From the NCBI GenBank assembly GCA_030341885.1, contig CASHTH010001844.1, positions 1 through 61,629 of the forward strand: a stretch of 61,629 nt of DNA, read 5' to 3'. Both the position numbers and the translations under genes were made by a program. The notes below the pieces were generated by a model. It did not search any database. It saw only the letters and a program-made list of their open reading frames with translations, and was not told where the DNA came from. Within the stretch, counting starts at the first letter, position 1. Each line of letters begins with the position of its first letter. Shown here piece after piece: positions 1 to 10,981 of the stretch. Source of the stretch: Geodia barretti. Lineage: Eukaryota.

Positions 1-1060
1 TTTACCAACATTGTTCTCTTGAGTGACTAGTGACGCGAGCCAGCCAAGGACAGTTGACGTTGGGTCTGTCATGTCATAGTAGACACATGCTCTCAAGCGT
101 CGTGTAATCCTCACCGTTCATATTTACCTGTCCAAGTATATAGTGCAGCCAGTCCTTCTTCAATGTGTTCCTGATAGACATTGGTCAGTACATTCTCGCT
201 CAAGTCAGAGTGCACAGTCGTCACTCGTCATACTGAGACATCTTGTTGGAGTCCAGCGTAGCTCTAACTTTGAGATCAATGGTGTCTCCTGTTGTCTCTC
301 CATCAGTCCTGCGAGCTCTGAGGCGTGTCTGGTTGTTGTGTTTCTTGAGAGTTCGCAAGTCTTAACTGCCGAGAGTCCTTCACTCATACTAGTATTGAAT
401 TTCAGTCTTAACGGCCTCCAGACCTTCCCTCATTTCAGTCATGAATGGACTCAGAGTCTCATACACTGCTGCAGTTAACCTCACAACTAGTGATGTACAT
501 AGAACCTTGGTAATGAAGCTATTTCACTTACGAATTTCTCACCATCACATTGGGAAGCTCCGGTCTTCATGAGAGAGAATGTAAATGCTGCCACCACAAC
601 CAACTGGAGACTCTTCATCCTTCCACTTTAGCGATGGTATTCTTTAGCTCGTCTTTACAACTGAAATAAAGACTGCACCTCTTTCCTTGGTTATACTGCC
701 ATAAACAAACTCTGGAACCTATGTCAGCATGGTTACACTTCAGTCTACCTAAATTATAACAGCCTTGTTTGTTACTAAAGACAACATCCCCGGCCCTTGT
801 CTCTCTGTAGTTGGCATTGTTTGTCACTAGGCTCTACAGTGTATACTTGGTTTGTGTGTCTGTCTGCACATACAGCAATAGTGCAGCTCAAAAATTACAA
901 TACCTATGGCTTTAGTACTACGGTGTTTATGCACATTATCGTATATCATGTACATGAGAGAGGGAGAAAGAAAAAAGAGCTGTCCTGGGTGTTGTTGTGC
1001 CTTTGCCTTTCTACCTCGTAGTTTTCACATACACTGAATGACTGTACATGTTACATCTAG

Positions 1061-1147
1061 GTGAAGGAGAAGGAGCAGGCACACAGGGAGTATAGAGAGG
1101 CCATCAGTAAAGGTCATGGAGCTTACCTCATGGACGAGGAGACACCA
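1061..1147 (+). CDS. VIT/VWA protein (VWA5A-like) exon, VIT domain part (5' exons outside window)
   Basis: Acceptor tctag|GTG at 1060/1061 and donor CCA|gttagt. Translates VKEKEQAHREYREAISKGHGAYLMDEETP, matching the VIT segment DKMKARTNYEKAISQGHQAFLLEGD of VWA5A-type proteins. Phase 0. Confidence 0.6.
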
Positions 1148-1381
1148 GTTAGTTGCATCCTCTTTCTCCATCTCTCTCTTCCTCTCCTACTATTAATTCA
1201 CGTCTACCTTCTTTGCGTTTCTTTAAAATTCTTGTGTGACTGTCATAGAATGTGCATTCCATGTGTTGTTTGTTCAAATGTTGCTACTTTTTTACACTGC
1301 TTGGGTGGAGCACATCACATAATTGTCTAACATTCCTCTCTCTCTCCCTCCCTCCCTCTTCCTCCCTCTCCCCCTCATCAG

Positions 1382-1581
1382 GACGTGTTCACAGTCAGTG
1401 TGGGTAACCTACCGCCAGGGGCCAGTGTCCTAATTAAGATCACCTACGTCGCCGAGCTCGTCGTCGAGGGAGAAAACATTGTATTCTCGTTGCCTGGCAA
1501 CGTGGCGCCGTGGAAACAGGAGACTGCTCTTGACCAAACAACTCAGACCGACGTGAAAACTACGAAGGTCAAGAAACAGAG
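1382..1581 (+). CDS. VWA5A-like exon (VIT domain)
   Basis: catcag| acceptor and AG|gtacgt donor. Translates DVFTVSVGNLPPGASVLIKITYVAELVVEGENIVFSLPGNVAPWKQ, matching DVFSCNVGNLQPG..LKYVQELPLE of VWA5A. Confidence 0.75.
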
Positions 1582-1673
1582 GTACGTATACTTCCGTAGT
1601 TTACTTGACACTATATATGAGTGAAGAAGACGATTGTTGTAGCAAAATTATTCTCCTCTCCTCCTCTGTGCAG

Positions 1674-1758
1674 TGGAGAGCTGTCTGTCCAGGTTGCCGT
1701 GGAGATGCCGTTTAACATCAAGACTATTGAGTCGCCCACCCACAAGATCAAGCTGAAG
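1674..1758 (+). CDS. VWA5A-like exon
   Basis: tgtgcag| acceptor and AAG|gtcagt donor. Translates (S)GELSVQVAVEMPFNIKTIESPTHKIKLK. Phase is consistent with the flanking exons. Confidence 0.65.
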
Positions 1759-1996
1759 GTCAGTATGTACGCACAACAGAAGCCACTGAGGATGGGACAC
1801 TTTCCACATCCACTTTATTTCAAAGTTATGAGTCGAAAAAAATGTCAACTGTTTTTGGGTAGAGTGGAGTAAGGGATATGAAGCCCTTGGCTTTGAGATT
1901 AACACTTGTGGAAACTGTTGCGATTTCTACATCACGTAATCAAGCAGCCCTCTTTGTAAAACCCTTTGGTCTCTGATTTTTTTTTCTCGTGTGCAG

Positions 1997-2128
1997 AAAA
2001 CTGCGAGTATGGCCACGGTGGAGCTGTGTCCCCATTCCGTTCTGGGGGCGGGGTTCACTCTACTGGTGGGTCTGTCTGAGATCCATGTCCCTAGGATGTG
2101 GGTGGAGGAGGACAAGAAAGGGCATCAT
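1997..2128 (+). CDS. VWA5A-like exon
   Basis: gtgcag| acceptor and CAT|gtgagc donor. Translates KTASMATVELCPHSVLGAGFTLLVGLSEIHVPRMWVEEDKKGHH. Confidence 0.65.
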
Positions 2129-2221
2129 GTGAGCACCATCTCCCTCTCTGTCTGCTTCTCTCTCTTTTCTATCACGGACTTGGATTTTTCTTATCTTGCC
2201 TATAAACAGAGTTTGTATGTG

Positions 2222-2262
2222 TGTGTGTGTGTGTGTGCGTGTGTGTGTGAGTGTATGTATAT
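2222..2262. repeat. (GT)n microsatellite
   Basis: tgtgtgtgtgtgtgtgtgcgtgtgtgtgtgagtg in an intron. Confidence 0.9.
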
Positions 2263-2314
2263 AGTATACTAATGTACATATGTAGGTTATTTTTCTCTTA
2301 TTACTGCACTGCAG

Positions 2315-2407
2315 GCGTGTATGCTGACGTTCTATCCCGAGTTCGAAGTTGACGAAATCTCAGACAACGAGATAATCTTCTTACTTGACCTCTCCAACTC
2401 CATGAAG
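2315..2407 (+). CDS. VWA5A-like exon (start of VWA domain, MIDAS motif)
   Basis: ctgcag| acceptor and AAG|gtaccg donor. Translates ACMLTFYPEFEVDEISDNEIIFLLDLSNSMK. The DxSxS motif (DLSNS) matches the VWA MIDAS motif. Confidence 0.7.
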
Positions 2408-2796
2408 GTACCGTACATACTAGTGAAACAAGTGTGGGAGGCAGAAGAACCAGACATGTGGTACACCTACATACTTTTGGAAGCGTCTATTAAGGCGATA
2501 CCAGCAATCCTACTTGTATACACGTCCATACTACATACTTATAGAAAGTGAGGGAAGTATAGTTTGTGGAGTGTTGCCATTATTGTATTATAGAGTATAC
2601 GAAAATAGATTTACGTGTATTTAATCACCCCCTGATTCGTACTCCTGCAAATTTCTCCAGAAATAATACAGGAAGTTGGCATAATAATTACTACTGCACA
2701 TGTATGCCAGCCAACGTCCCAGCATCAATCAATGAGTTGCATGTTGTTCGCCCTGTCGCATTACTTGATCGTCTTGTTCTCTTACCCTCCCATTTC

Positions 2797-2906
<110 letters not shown>

Positions 2907-2927
2907 CCCGCACCGTCTTCTGTCCAG

Positions 2928-3018
2928 GACTGTGCAGAGAATGCCAAGAAGGTTCTACTGCTTCTGCTCCACCATCTGCCCACAAAGTGCCATTTCAACG
3001 TATTAGCCTTCGGAGGGA
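2928..3018 (+). CDS. VWA5A-like exon (VWA domain)
   Basis: gtccag| acceptor and A|gtgagc donor. Translates [30 protein letters not shown], matching AKDALLLLLKSLMP.CLFNIIGFGS. The exon lies just after a (CT)n microsatellite. Confidence 0.7.
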
Positions 3019-3090
3019 GTGAGCCATTCACACATTACTGTTTGCCATTTCAACGTATTAGCCTTCGGAGGAAGTGAGCCAGTCACACAT
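2980..3090 (+). repeat. local ~52-bp tandem duplication of the 3' end of VWA exon 6 including its splice donor
   Basis: gccatttcaacgtattagccttcggagggagtgagccattcacacattactgtt is followed by gccatttcaacgtattagccttcggaggaagtgagccagtcacacattactgtt. Confidence 0.8.
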
Positions 3091-3385
3091 TACTGTTTTT
3101 TCAACTCTTCTCTGTTAAAGAGGCTGTGGCAGTACTTAAGGCCTAACTTTAGAAATATGTACACTGTGTTCAACTCTTATATTTATCGTATAAGGAAATG
3201 TGGTTGAACATAAGGGCTAAAAATAGACAATAGGTCCCAGTGTGTGCAATCACATGTACGTTTCCGTTTTGAGTAATATTACTCATTAGCCCATATAATG
3301 CATTACTTCCACATTCCCCATTAATTCCGTAAGTCAGTAACACGTTCTAGTTCACCTCTCATTGCACCTTCTCTCCTTATCCCAG

Positions 3386-3459
3386 CACATGAAGCAGTGT
3401 TCCCAGTCAGTGTGATGAAGAACAAAGACACCCTCTCCACCGCACAAAAATTTGTCCAG
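3386..3459 (+). CDS. VWA5A-like exon (VWA domain)
   Basis: cccag| acceptor and CAG|gttcgg donor. In frame with the previous phase-1 exon, giving T-HEAVFPVSVMKNKDTLSTAQKFVQ, which matches TFESLFPQSVKYTQQTMEEALGRV. Confidence 0.6.
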
Positions 3460-3513
3460 GTTCGGAAATTTTTAGTAATTTTTTCACCGACTGTATAATT
3501 TTGACTTTGCTAG

Positions 3514-3740
3514 GAACGCGTTCCAAATATGGGCAGCACTGACGTCTGGAGGCCTCTTCGTGCACTTCAGTTGCTATCGGAGACAAGCCCCACCTCCTCG
3601 TCGTTGCCGGGGGAAACGACATCCCTCCCTCCCCGTTCGGTGTTTCTGGTGTCCGATGGTCATGTGACTGACGAGGGGGCGACCCTGTCCGTTATCAGAC
3701 AGGCATTGCGAAACTGTCGGCTCTTCACTTTTGGAGTCAG
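3514..3740 (+). CDS. VWA5A-like exon (VWA domain)
   Basis: ttgctag| acceptor and AG|gtaaat donor. Translates ERVPNMGSTDVWRPLRALQLL...SVFLVSDGHVTDEGATLSVIRQALRNCRLFTFGV, matching LFVFTDGEVTDTFSVIKEVRINRQKHRCFSFGIG. Confidence 0.75.
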
Positions 3741-4059
3741 GTAAATTTTGTCTGAATCAGGTAAAGATTGGATGAGTCAGGTAACCTTTTGGCCCCTGCA
3801 CTGTTGTGTAGTACCGACGATCAAAGCCATTTTTCTCCCAAGAAAGTTTTAGACTCTTGGCTTTTGGTATAATATACAGATGATATTATTTTGGCCTCGT
3901 ATGTTATTATGTAGTACCAACAAACAAACTCACACTCATATTTTTTTCTCCCGAGAAAGTTTTAGACTCTTCGCGTTTCGTACACATAATATTATTTTGG
4001 CCTTGTACACATTATGTAGTACCAAGAGAATGTAGCAACCAAAGCTTCAACTCTTGTTG

Positions 4060-5590
4060 ACAAGTTGGAGCTGCCGTTCATACTGTATGCTTGTGTGGTC
4101 TTCACTGAGCAACGTAACTAGCAGGACCCTGCATCAAGTTCATACTGTATGCTTGTGTGGTCTTCACTGAGTAACTATATAGCAGGACCCTGCATCAAGT
4201 TCATACTGTATGCTTGTGTGGTCTTCACTGAGTAACTATATAGCAGGACCCTGCATCAAGTTCATACTGTATGCTTGTGTGGTCTTCACTGAGTAACTAT
4301 ATAGCAGGACCCTGCATCAAGTTCATACTGTATGCTCACGTGGTCCTCACTGAGCAACGTAACTAGCAGGACCCTGCATCAAGTTCATACTGTATGCTCG
4401 CGTGGTCTTCACTGAGTAACTATATAGCAGGACCCTGCATCAAGTTCATACTGTATGCTTGTGTGGTCTTCACTGAGTAACTATATAGCAGGACCCTGCA
4501 TCAAGTTCATACTGTATGCTTGTGTGGTCTTCACTGAGTAACTATATAGCAGGACCCTGCATCAAGTTCATACTGTATGCTTGTGTGGTCTTCACTGAGT
4601 AACTATATAGCAGGACCCTGCATCAAGTTCATACTGTATGCTTGTGTGGTCTTCACTGAGTAACTATATAGCAGGACCCTGCATCAAGTTCATACTGTAT
4701 GCTCACGTGGTCCTCACTGAGCAACGTAACTAGCAGGACCCTGCATCAAGTTCATACTGTATGCTCGCGTGGTCTTCACTGAGTAACTATATAGCAGGAC
4801 CCTGCATCAAGTTCATACTGTATGCTTGTGTGGTCTTCACTGAGTAACTATATAGCAGGACCCTGCATCAAGTTCATACTGTATGCTTGTGTGGTCTTCA
4901 CTGAGTAACTATATAGCAGGACCCTGCATCAAGTTCATACTGTATGCTTGTGTGGTCTTCACTGAGTAACTATATAGCAGGACCCTGCATCAAGTTCATA
5001 CTGTATGCTCGCGTGGTCCTCACTGAATAACTATATAGCAGGACCCTGCATCAAGTTCATACTGTATGCTCACGTGGTCCTCACTGAGCAACGTAACTAG
5101 CAGGACCCTGCATCAAGTTCATACTGTATGCTCGCGTGGTCTTCACTGAGCAACGTAACTAGCAGGACCCTGCATCAAGTTCATACTGTATGCTCACGTG
5201 GTCCTCACTGAGCAACGTAACTAGCAGGACCCTGCATCAAGTTCATAGCTCGCGTGGTCCTCACTGAGCAACGTAACTAGCAGGACCCTGCATCAAGTTC
5301 ATAGTGTATGCTTGCGTGGTCCTCACCGAGCAACGTAACTAGCAGGACCCTGCATCAAGTTCATAGCTCGCGTGGTCCTCACTGAGCAACGTAACTAGCA
5401 GGACCCTGCATCAAGTTCATAGCTCGCGTGGTCCTCACTGAGCAACGTAACTAGCAGGACCCTGCATCAAGTTCATACTGTATGCTTGCGTGGTCCTCAC
5501 TGAGCAACGTAACTAGCAGGACCCTGCATCAAGTTCATAGCTCGCGTGGTCCTCACTGAGTATAACTATATAGCAACGTAACTAGCAGGA
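4060..5590. repeat. intronic minisatellite, ~61-bp unit, ~24 copies
   Basis: The unit caggaccctgcatcaagttcatactgtatgcttgtgtggtcttcactgagtaactatatag repeats with variants (gcaacgtaactag / ctcacgtgg). Confidence 0.95.
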
Positions 5591-5880
5591 CCCTGCATCA
5601 AGGTCACAATCACTATAGTGGGATTTTACTTAGGACCCTGCATCAAGTTTACAATCACTATAGTAGGATTTTATACGTATGTTCAATTAAAGGGAACGTG
5701 GCAGTATATAAAGGCTAAATACTAAAAACAATAGGGGCACAGTGAAAGAATACATTTCAGTTCCGGTTTTTAGTAACATTTCTAAATTTAGCCGTATGTA
5801 CTGCCACATTGTTTCCTACTATGGCAAACTTTTGTTGGTTTCTACGTAACTTGCTACGTTCATTTCCGTTCCCTCGGCAG

Positions 5881-6076
5881 CTCCACGGCCAACCGGCATT
5901 TCCTCAGAGCCATGGCGAGGGTCGGCGCCGGTTGCGAAGAGTTCTTCGACCCAAAGACCAAGTCTCGTTGGGAGAGAAAGGTCAGAGGTCAGCTGGCCAA
6001 GGCGTTCCAGCCGGCGCTGACGGCATTGTCGGTCGAGTGGCAGCAGTTCGACGACAACGCCCCCAAACCAGTCCAG
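5881..6076 (+). CDS. VWA5A-like exon
   Basis: ctcggcag| acceptor and CAG|gtagcc donor. Translates SSTANRHFLRAMARVGAGCEEFFDPKTKSRWERKVRGQLAKAFQPALTALSVEWQQFDDNAPKPVQ, matching IKGIARASGGTSEFITGKDRMQSKALRTLKRSLQP. Confidence 0.75.
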
Positions 6077-6281
6077 GTAGCCAAGGGGTTAAATTTAGTT
6101 CAAAGCAAGTATTGATGGGTTAACTGTGAGGTCCAGTCTAGTTAGTTTTTTGGGGTTAAATTTGATTCCATGTAGATAAAAACCAGCCCTGTGTACTTAG
6201 GGAGTTAAATATACAACTGAGCTCCACGACTATACAAGTGTGTGAAGAGAGGAAAAAATTCATTCTGTGTGTGTTCCAATA

Positions 6282-6356
6282 GGCTCCTCAGGAGATGGTG
6301 TCACTGTTTAGTGGTTCGAGACAAGTTGTCTACGGCTTTGTTCCTCACTGCAAACA
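6282..6356 (+). CDS. VWA5A-like exon
   Basis: ccaatag| acceptor and CAG|gtatcc donor. Translates APQEMVSLFSGSRQVVYGFVPHCKQ, matching EQTVIFRGQRLISYAQLTG. Confidence 0.6.
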
Positions 6357-6843
6357 GGTATCCACTTATATACATATACATACAGTACTTGCTACTAGAT
6401 ACTAGAGGAATGTGACGTAGAACATTGTGCAATGGTGCAAGCATTTCAATGTTTCGTGTGTGTTTGGCTCGTATTTAGAATCACGTAAACGACATTACGG
6501 TATGTTGGTCTGTGGGTCGGTTGACGGTTGCATACATAAAGATTCCGCATTCAGACGCCTAGGCACTTGCCAACTAAGGGTATATACTCGATACTGAATT
6601 GAGGCATAATACCTCACAATATTATGCTGATAAAAAATCATTAAAGTATGAGTGACACGAAGTGGTTGATTCAACCAACCAGTATCAAGTTTTTCAAGGC
6701 AGCAAAACTCTTATCCACACAACACACGATATGATCAATATTCTGGTACGTAGCAAATATTTTGTCCTCACACATTTGTTGTACGTAGACGTCTACATTA
6801 TAAAGTAACTGCAGTTCTTCTGAGGAGCTGTATTCTCGTCGTC

Positions 6844-7778
6844 TCACTTCACATACAGCTCCAAATGGGAGATGATAACGTTGGAATACTGCGACGTGTG
6901 GTGGTTACATATTCGGACTTCAATCGGTCCGCTGGTTGGTTCCGGGAGTGCCTGGCTGAAACACAGCGGGCCGTCAAACTGACAGCATCTTCCTTCGTAA
7001 TTACACCCGTCACCATCCCATAGAACGTCGTCTGAGTGTAGGTGGTATCCGCTTGATCCGTAGGGGGCATTGTTCCCTGATTCGCAGTACCAACAGGCGC
7101 CGACAAACGAAGGAATGAAAGTTGCGCTTACTTGTTCGCACGGACAGAACCAGTTTTGACGGTTGGAAGTTGCACGTTCGTAGCGCCCGGCTGCATACGT
7201 CCACACGTGTTGCCGTGGGTTACCGCGAGTTATGCTCACCCCCGTCACGTAGCTGTCGTCAATAGTGATGCTCCTGTTGAGATGGCTCGTGTAGAAAGCT
7301 TCCGTACTCCCAAATTGGTATCCCTGAACAACTCCGCAAATCTGGGAATACGAACCTTCGACCTCGAACTTTACCGAGTCACAAGTTTTCTCTTCGTGTG
7401 ACTCTCGGCCACACCCCCTTGCCGGGGGAGGAGTGAGGTGCCAACCGGCGGGACATGTATAGCGGGTATCCGACAGGTTATGATAGGCGACCTTGCGCCA
7501 GCCGCAGCAGCCGCCACACTCGCAGAGGGAGGGAGGGTCGGGTGGGGGGCAGGCCGGCTCCGTCGATGGTGGACACGTGTCTTGTGATGGTGGCGGGGAG
7601 GAAGTGTCTTCAAGCTGGGTGGGAATTTCTGGGCACCTGGTTTGTGGCTCGTCTGTGCATTTTCCAATGCCTTCAACGACGTCTGTGTTTAGGGTTAGCA
7701 ATTGTGCCTTTGAGGCAGTTGATAGCTTCAAGTAGGTCTGGAGGTTGGGACAAAGAGATGAAACAAGCATGCCTGTAT
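6844..7778 (-). CDS. nested antisense gene exon 2: secreted cysteine-rich protein, function unknown
   Basis: Acceptor gtgcgtgcag|AT continues the phase of exon 1 into the 314-aa ORF 6844..7788. The product has Pro/Ser/Thr-rich linkers and many Cys (CECGGCCGW, WFCPCE, WYCESG, GDGCNYEGRCCQFDG), ending ...IEVRICNHHTSQYSNVIISHLELYVK. The gene lies entirely within intron 10 of the VWA5A-like gene on the opposite strand. Confidence 0.55.
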
Positions 7779-8021
7779 CTGCACGCACAAGTTTACACGT
7801 CAGCTGGACAACTTGTCTCAGCTTTGTGTACTTTAAACTTTCGTTTCGTGCAAAAAAAGTGCAAAAGTGGTTGGCAGGTGTGTTCTGATGCCATTTTACT
7901 TAACTCGTTTCAGAAAGCTGTTTGTCGCGTTTATGTGTGCATGCAGCGTTTATGAGGTATGAATTTTTAACTTGACTTAAAGGCACAAACAATGCTAGTC
8001 ACATACCCATTGTCAAAGTAC

Positions 8022-8109
8022 CTGATCCAATGTCTTGATTTCCTTCATTCTGCATGGAAGAGCACTGGATAAGACCAGCCACGAATACAGCCAGTAGCGA
8101 AAACTTCAT
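8022..8109 (-). CDS. nested antisense gene exon 1: start codon and signal peptide
   Basis: The minus strand has ATG at 8109-8107. Translates MKFSLLAVFVAGLIQCSSMQNEGNQDIGS, a hydrophobic signal-peptide-like N-terminus. Donor CAG|gtactt. Confidence 0.5.
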
Positions 8110-8589
8110 CTTTCTCTCTCTCGTCTTCCTTCGGCTTAGCTTTCCCTTCTTCTCTCCTTCAAACCAGAAAGACCAACTGCGACTAGCTTCTGAGCTGCAG
8201 TTGCTTTATATAACCGCAGGTGCTCGTGACGTGTGCCTCTTGACTCTTTAGTAGTAGTCTTATCACTAGAGAGCATACTGAAAATGCGGGAGCGATTTGG
8301 GAGTTTTTTACTGATAGCTTTCCCATGTCTGCTCTGGTAGAAAATAGACCTGTTTGTCACAATTGTTAGACCGAGCTCTTATCGCCATCTTTCTGTTTAT
8401 TTCTCTTTTTGTGCCACTAAACTGAAATCTTGTCTTCCTCTCTCTCTTTCTCTGTCCTGTATATTACTTCTATTTCCTTTTTCTTTTTCCTCTATTCCCC
8501 TTGTATGTTTCTTGTGCTAATAAGAAATACTCTATAACTGCTACAGACTAGTTAAGCTAGTATATGTGCATGCAGTAATGACAATCAGT

Positions 8590-8745
8590 ACATTAGTTTT
8601 CTTTTTCTCTCTCCTCCTCCCCTCCCTTTCCTCCTCCCTCCCTTTCCTCTCCTCCCTCCCTTCCTCCTCCCTCCCTCCCTTCCTCCTCCCTCCTCCCTCT
8701 CCCTCCCTTCCTCCCTTCCTCCTCCCTCCTCCCTCCCTCCTCCCC
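8590..8745. repeat. CT-rich low-complexity tract
   Basis: ctcctccctccctttcctcc reiterated. It forms the polypyrimidine run ahead of exon 8748. Confidence 0.8.
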
Positions 8746-8747
8746 AG

Positions 8748-8828
8748 GCGACACTAAAAGCCAAGATAGGCGGCAAAGAAGTACAGACTATGGTATCTAC
8801 CACTGACCTTGCCATGACACAAGGCAGA
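8748..8828 (+). CDS. VWA5A-like exon
   Basis: tccccag| acceptor after a CT-rich tract and AGA|gtgaga donor. Translates ATLKAKIGGKEVQTMVSTTDLAMTQGR. Confidence 0.55.
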
Positions 8829-9105
8829 GTGAGACAATCAACTCTATATACTTACAATTTCACTTCAACATCCTACCTTACCTTTACAAGCAATCCTTAT
8901 GTTGTCAAGGTTCAAAACAAGCCTAGCTGTAATATAAAGTCCGTTTGCCGAATTACACCATGAAAAGTGATTGTGCTACTTGCAATTTTACTCACTGAAA
9001 GTATATAATTAAGCGGGATTCACTTTATAAATGCACTAGTAGATACTACTAGTAGATGTATATACCGAGTATGGTGTTACAGATGACTGTATGTGCATGT
9101 GTTAG

Positions 9106-9186
9106 ATGTTGCACCAGTTGACAGCCAGAGCCATCATCAGGGACTGGACCGACGGCTGTCTGAGTCGTGACAAGATGGAGCACGAG
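9106..9186 (+). CDS. VWA5A-like exon
   Basis: gtgttag| acceptor and GAG|gtgacc donor. Translates MLHQLTARAIIRDWTDGCLSRDKMEHE, matching TIHRLAAKSLLQTKDMG. Confidence 0.6.
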
Positions 9187-9195
9187 GTGACCTAC

Positions 9196-9420
9196 CTCTT
9201 CTTTCTTTACTTCCTCTCCCTTTCCTCCATCGTTCACCTTCTCTCCCTTCTCTCCCTTCTTTCTTTAATTCCTCTCCCTTTCCTCCATCGTTCACCTTCT
9301 CTCCCTTCTCTCCCTTCTTTCTTTACTTCCTCTCCCTTTCCTCCATCGTTCACCTTCTCTCCCTTCTCTCCCTTCTTCTTTACTCTCTCTCCCTTTCCTC
9401 CATTGTTCACCTTCTCTCTC
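9196..9420. repeat. ~56-bp tandem repeat x4
   Basis: cttctttctttacttcctctccctttcctccatcgttcaccttctctcccttctctc reiterated directly after exon 9106-9186. Confidence 0.8.
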
Positions 9421-9635
9421 TCCTTTTACCAAGGCTTTACTGTTTCCCTTTAGAACTGATATATTTGCATCAATGGACTCCATTTTGTTTGCCAATGTAC
9501 ATTTAGTTATCAGTGCATGCATTTGTATATTTTAACCTGCCTTTTCGTCACTAAAGGCTTTGGAGTACATGTTCACTATCATTTGAAAATAAATTTTCTG
9601 TGCATAATTCACTTCTCTTGTTGAAAACATCTCAG

Positions 9636-9737
9636 ATTGTGAAGAAAGAGAGAAAATCGTTCATTATCAACATCTCTAAAGACTATTCCATCGTCTCTCA
9701 GTTTACCAGTTTCGTTGCCATCGAAGAGAGAGAAAGG
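9636..9737 (+). CDS. VWA5A-like exon
   Basis: tctcag| acceptor and AGG|gtgagg donor. Translates IVKKERKSFIINISKDYSIVSQFTSFVAIEERER, matching LNLSLESGVISSFTAFIAINKELN. Confidence 0.65.
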
Positions 9738-9798
9738 GTGAGGTCGTTACGAGGTGGGGTTTCCCCCATTTGACCACCCTATGTTGCTATGGATACAG

Positions 9799-9915
9799 GA
9801 TGAGGTGTTTGACCAAAGGAACGGCCCCGCTATCAGTGACCTGGTTGCCAAGGAGACGGTGGACAAGTTGGCGTACATGGGTTGGGATTTGGATGAGTCA
9901 GCAGATCCTGTCAAG
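9799..9915 (+). CDS. VWA5A-like exon
   Basis: atacag| acceptor and AAG|gtgggc donor. Translates DEVFDQRNGPAISDLVAKETVDKLAYMGWDLDESADPVK. Confidence 0.55.
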
Positions 9916-10023
9916 GTGGGCATTAATTGTAGTATTGTCAATTGAAGTAAAAAAAAAGTCTGATGTCCGTCTCAATGCTACAGTTTTTCCTGGTTTGAAC
10001 TTAGCATTTCTGCCCTGTTCAGG

Positions 10024-10137
10024 AGGCAGAGGAGGCGTTGGAAGAGTGCCAGATGTCAGGTGATCTGGAGAAGAGGAAGAGACTGCTGAGGGAGACCGAG
10101 ACAGTCCTTGGTCCGACCCACCCTCTCCGATTCCAGG
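10024..10137 (+). CDS. VWA5A-like gene exon
   Basis: ctgttcag| acceptor and CAG|gtgagg donor. Translates EAEEALEECQMSGDLEKRKRLLRETETVLGPTHPLRFQ. Phase 0 on both sides. Confidence 0.5.
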
Positions 10138-10496
10138 TGAGGCACCGGGAGAAACACGGTGTTATGAGGAGAGTTTTTCACATGTCTATAGCACATTCGC
10201 AAATTCTTTTAGAAAGTTTGTTTGTTGGTAACTAGATTTTTGGGAACATGTGTCTGTTTATGTCTAAGGAAAGGTATAAAAATGGATTTTACCCCAAAAC
10301 TTGCTAGATACGTATAAACGCAATGGCAGGTGCACGCAAACAAACAAAACCAGAGAGAAACACCAATTTTTGAAGGCTCTGTACTTTGTAAGGCCGACTG
10401 TTGCTCTGCCTACTGCTACCATAATCCAAAGTTTACCACAAGCTTTATCACATGTTTGTAATTTTTCTCACTTCAACATCCATGTATATTTTACAG

Positions 10497-10645
10497 GTCT
10501 TCAAAAATTTGACGACTGAAATGCTCTCGAAAAACCAGCCCAAAGAAGCATATGAGGTTGCCATGGCAATGCAGTCCCAATTAGAGCTCACCTACACGTC
10601 AGATGCAGCACGCTACTTGGAAGATGTAAAGCAGTTTATAGCAAC
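10497..10645 (+). CDS. exon linking the VWA gene to the 14-3-3-like terminal exon
   Basis: tttacag| acceptor and AC|gtgagt donor, ending in phase 2. Translates VFKNLTTEMLSKNQPKEAYEVAMAMQSQLELTYTSDAARYLEDVKQFIA(T). Confidence 0.5.
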
Positions 10646-10981
10646 GTGAGTGCATTACACAATATATAAAGTATTACTTTAAACTATGTTTTTGAGGGAA
10701 AATTCAAAATTTGCAGACACAAATTTTTGTGTGAGTAAATCTATTCTCTTTTTCACCATTAAGGGTATGTACACAGCAGTATATTTATCAGGCTTGACCG
10801 TCTTTTAATTTTTAACTGTCTTTTTGACCATTATACAAGTATGACCATTAAGTGTACATATGTAGCAGTATACAACAGAGACTTGTTAATTTTGACTCTT
10901 GTTTTCCAACCATTCAGATATGTAGCTACGTAGCAGTAACCTTCAGGTTCATTTTTACTCTCTTTCTCTTCTTTTCGCCAG

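Noticed and set aside
143-1021. Small ORFs at the left edge; looked for upstream VIT-domain exons of the VWA5A-like gene
   Set aside because: No translation resembling the N-terminal VIT segment (..VNIYEFVAGVS..) was found. The 5' exons are presumably upstream of the window.
4060-5590. Highly regular ~61-bp direct repeats that superficially resemble a CRISPR array
   Set aside because: There are no unique spacers; repeats are contiguous and nearly identical. The context is a eukaryotic intron. It is a minisatellite.
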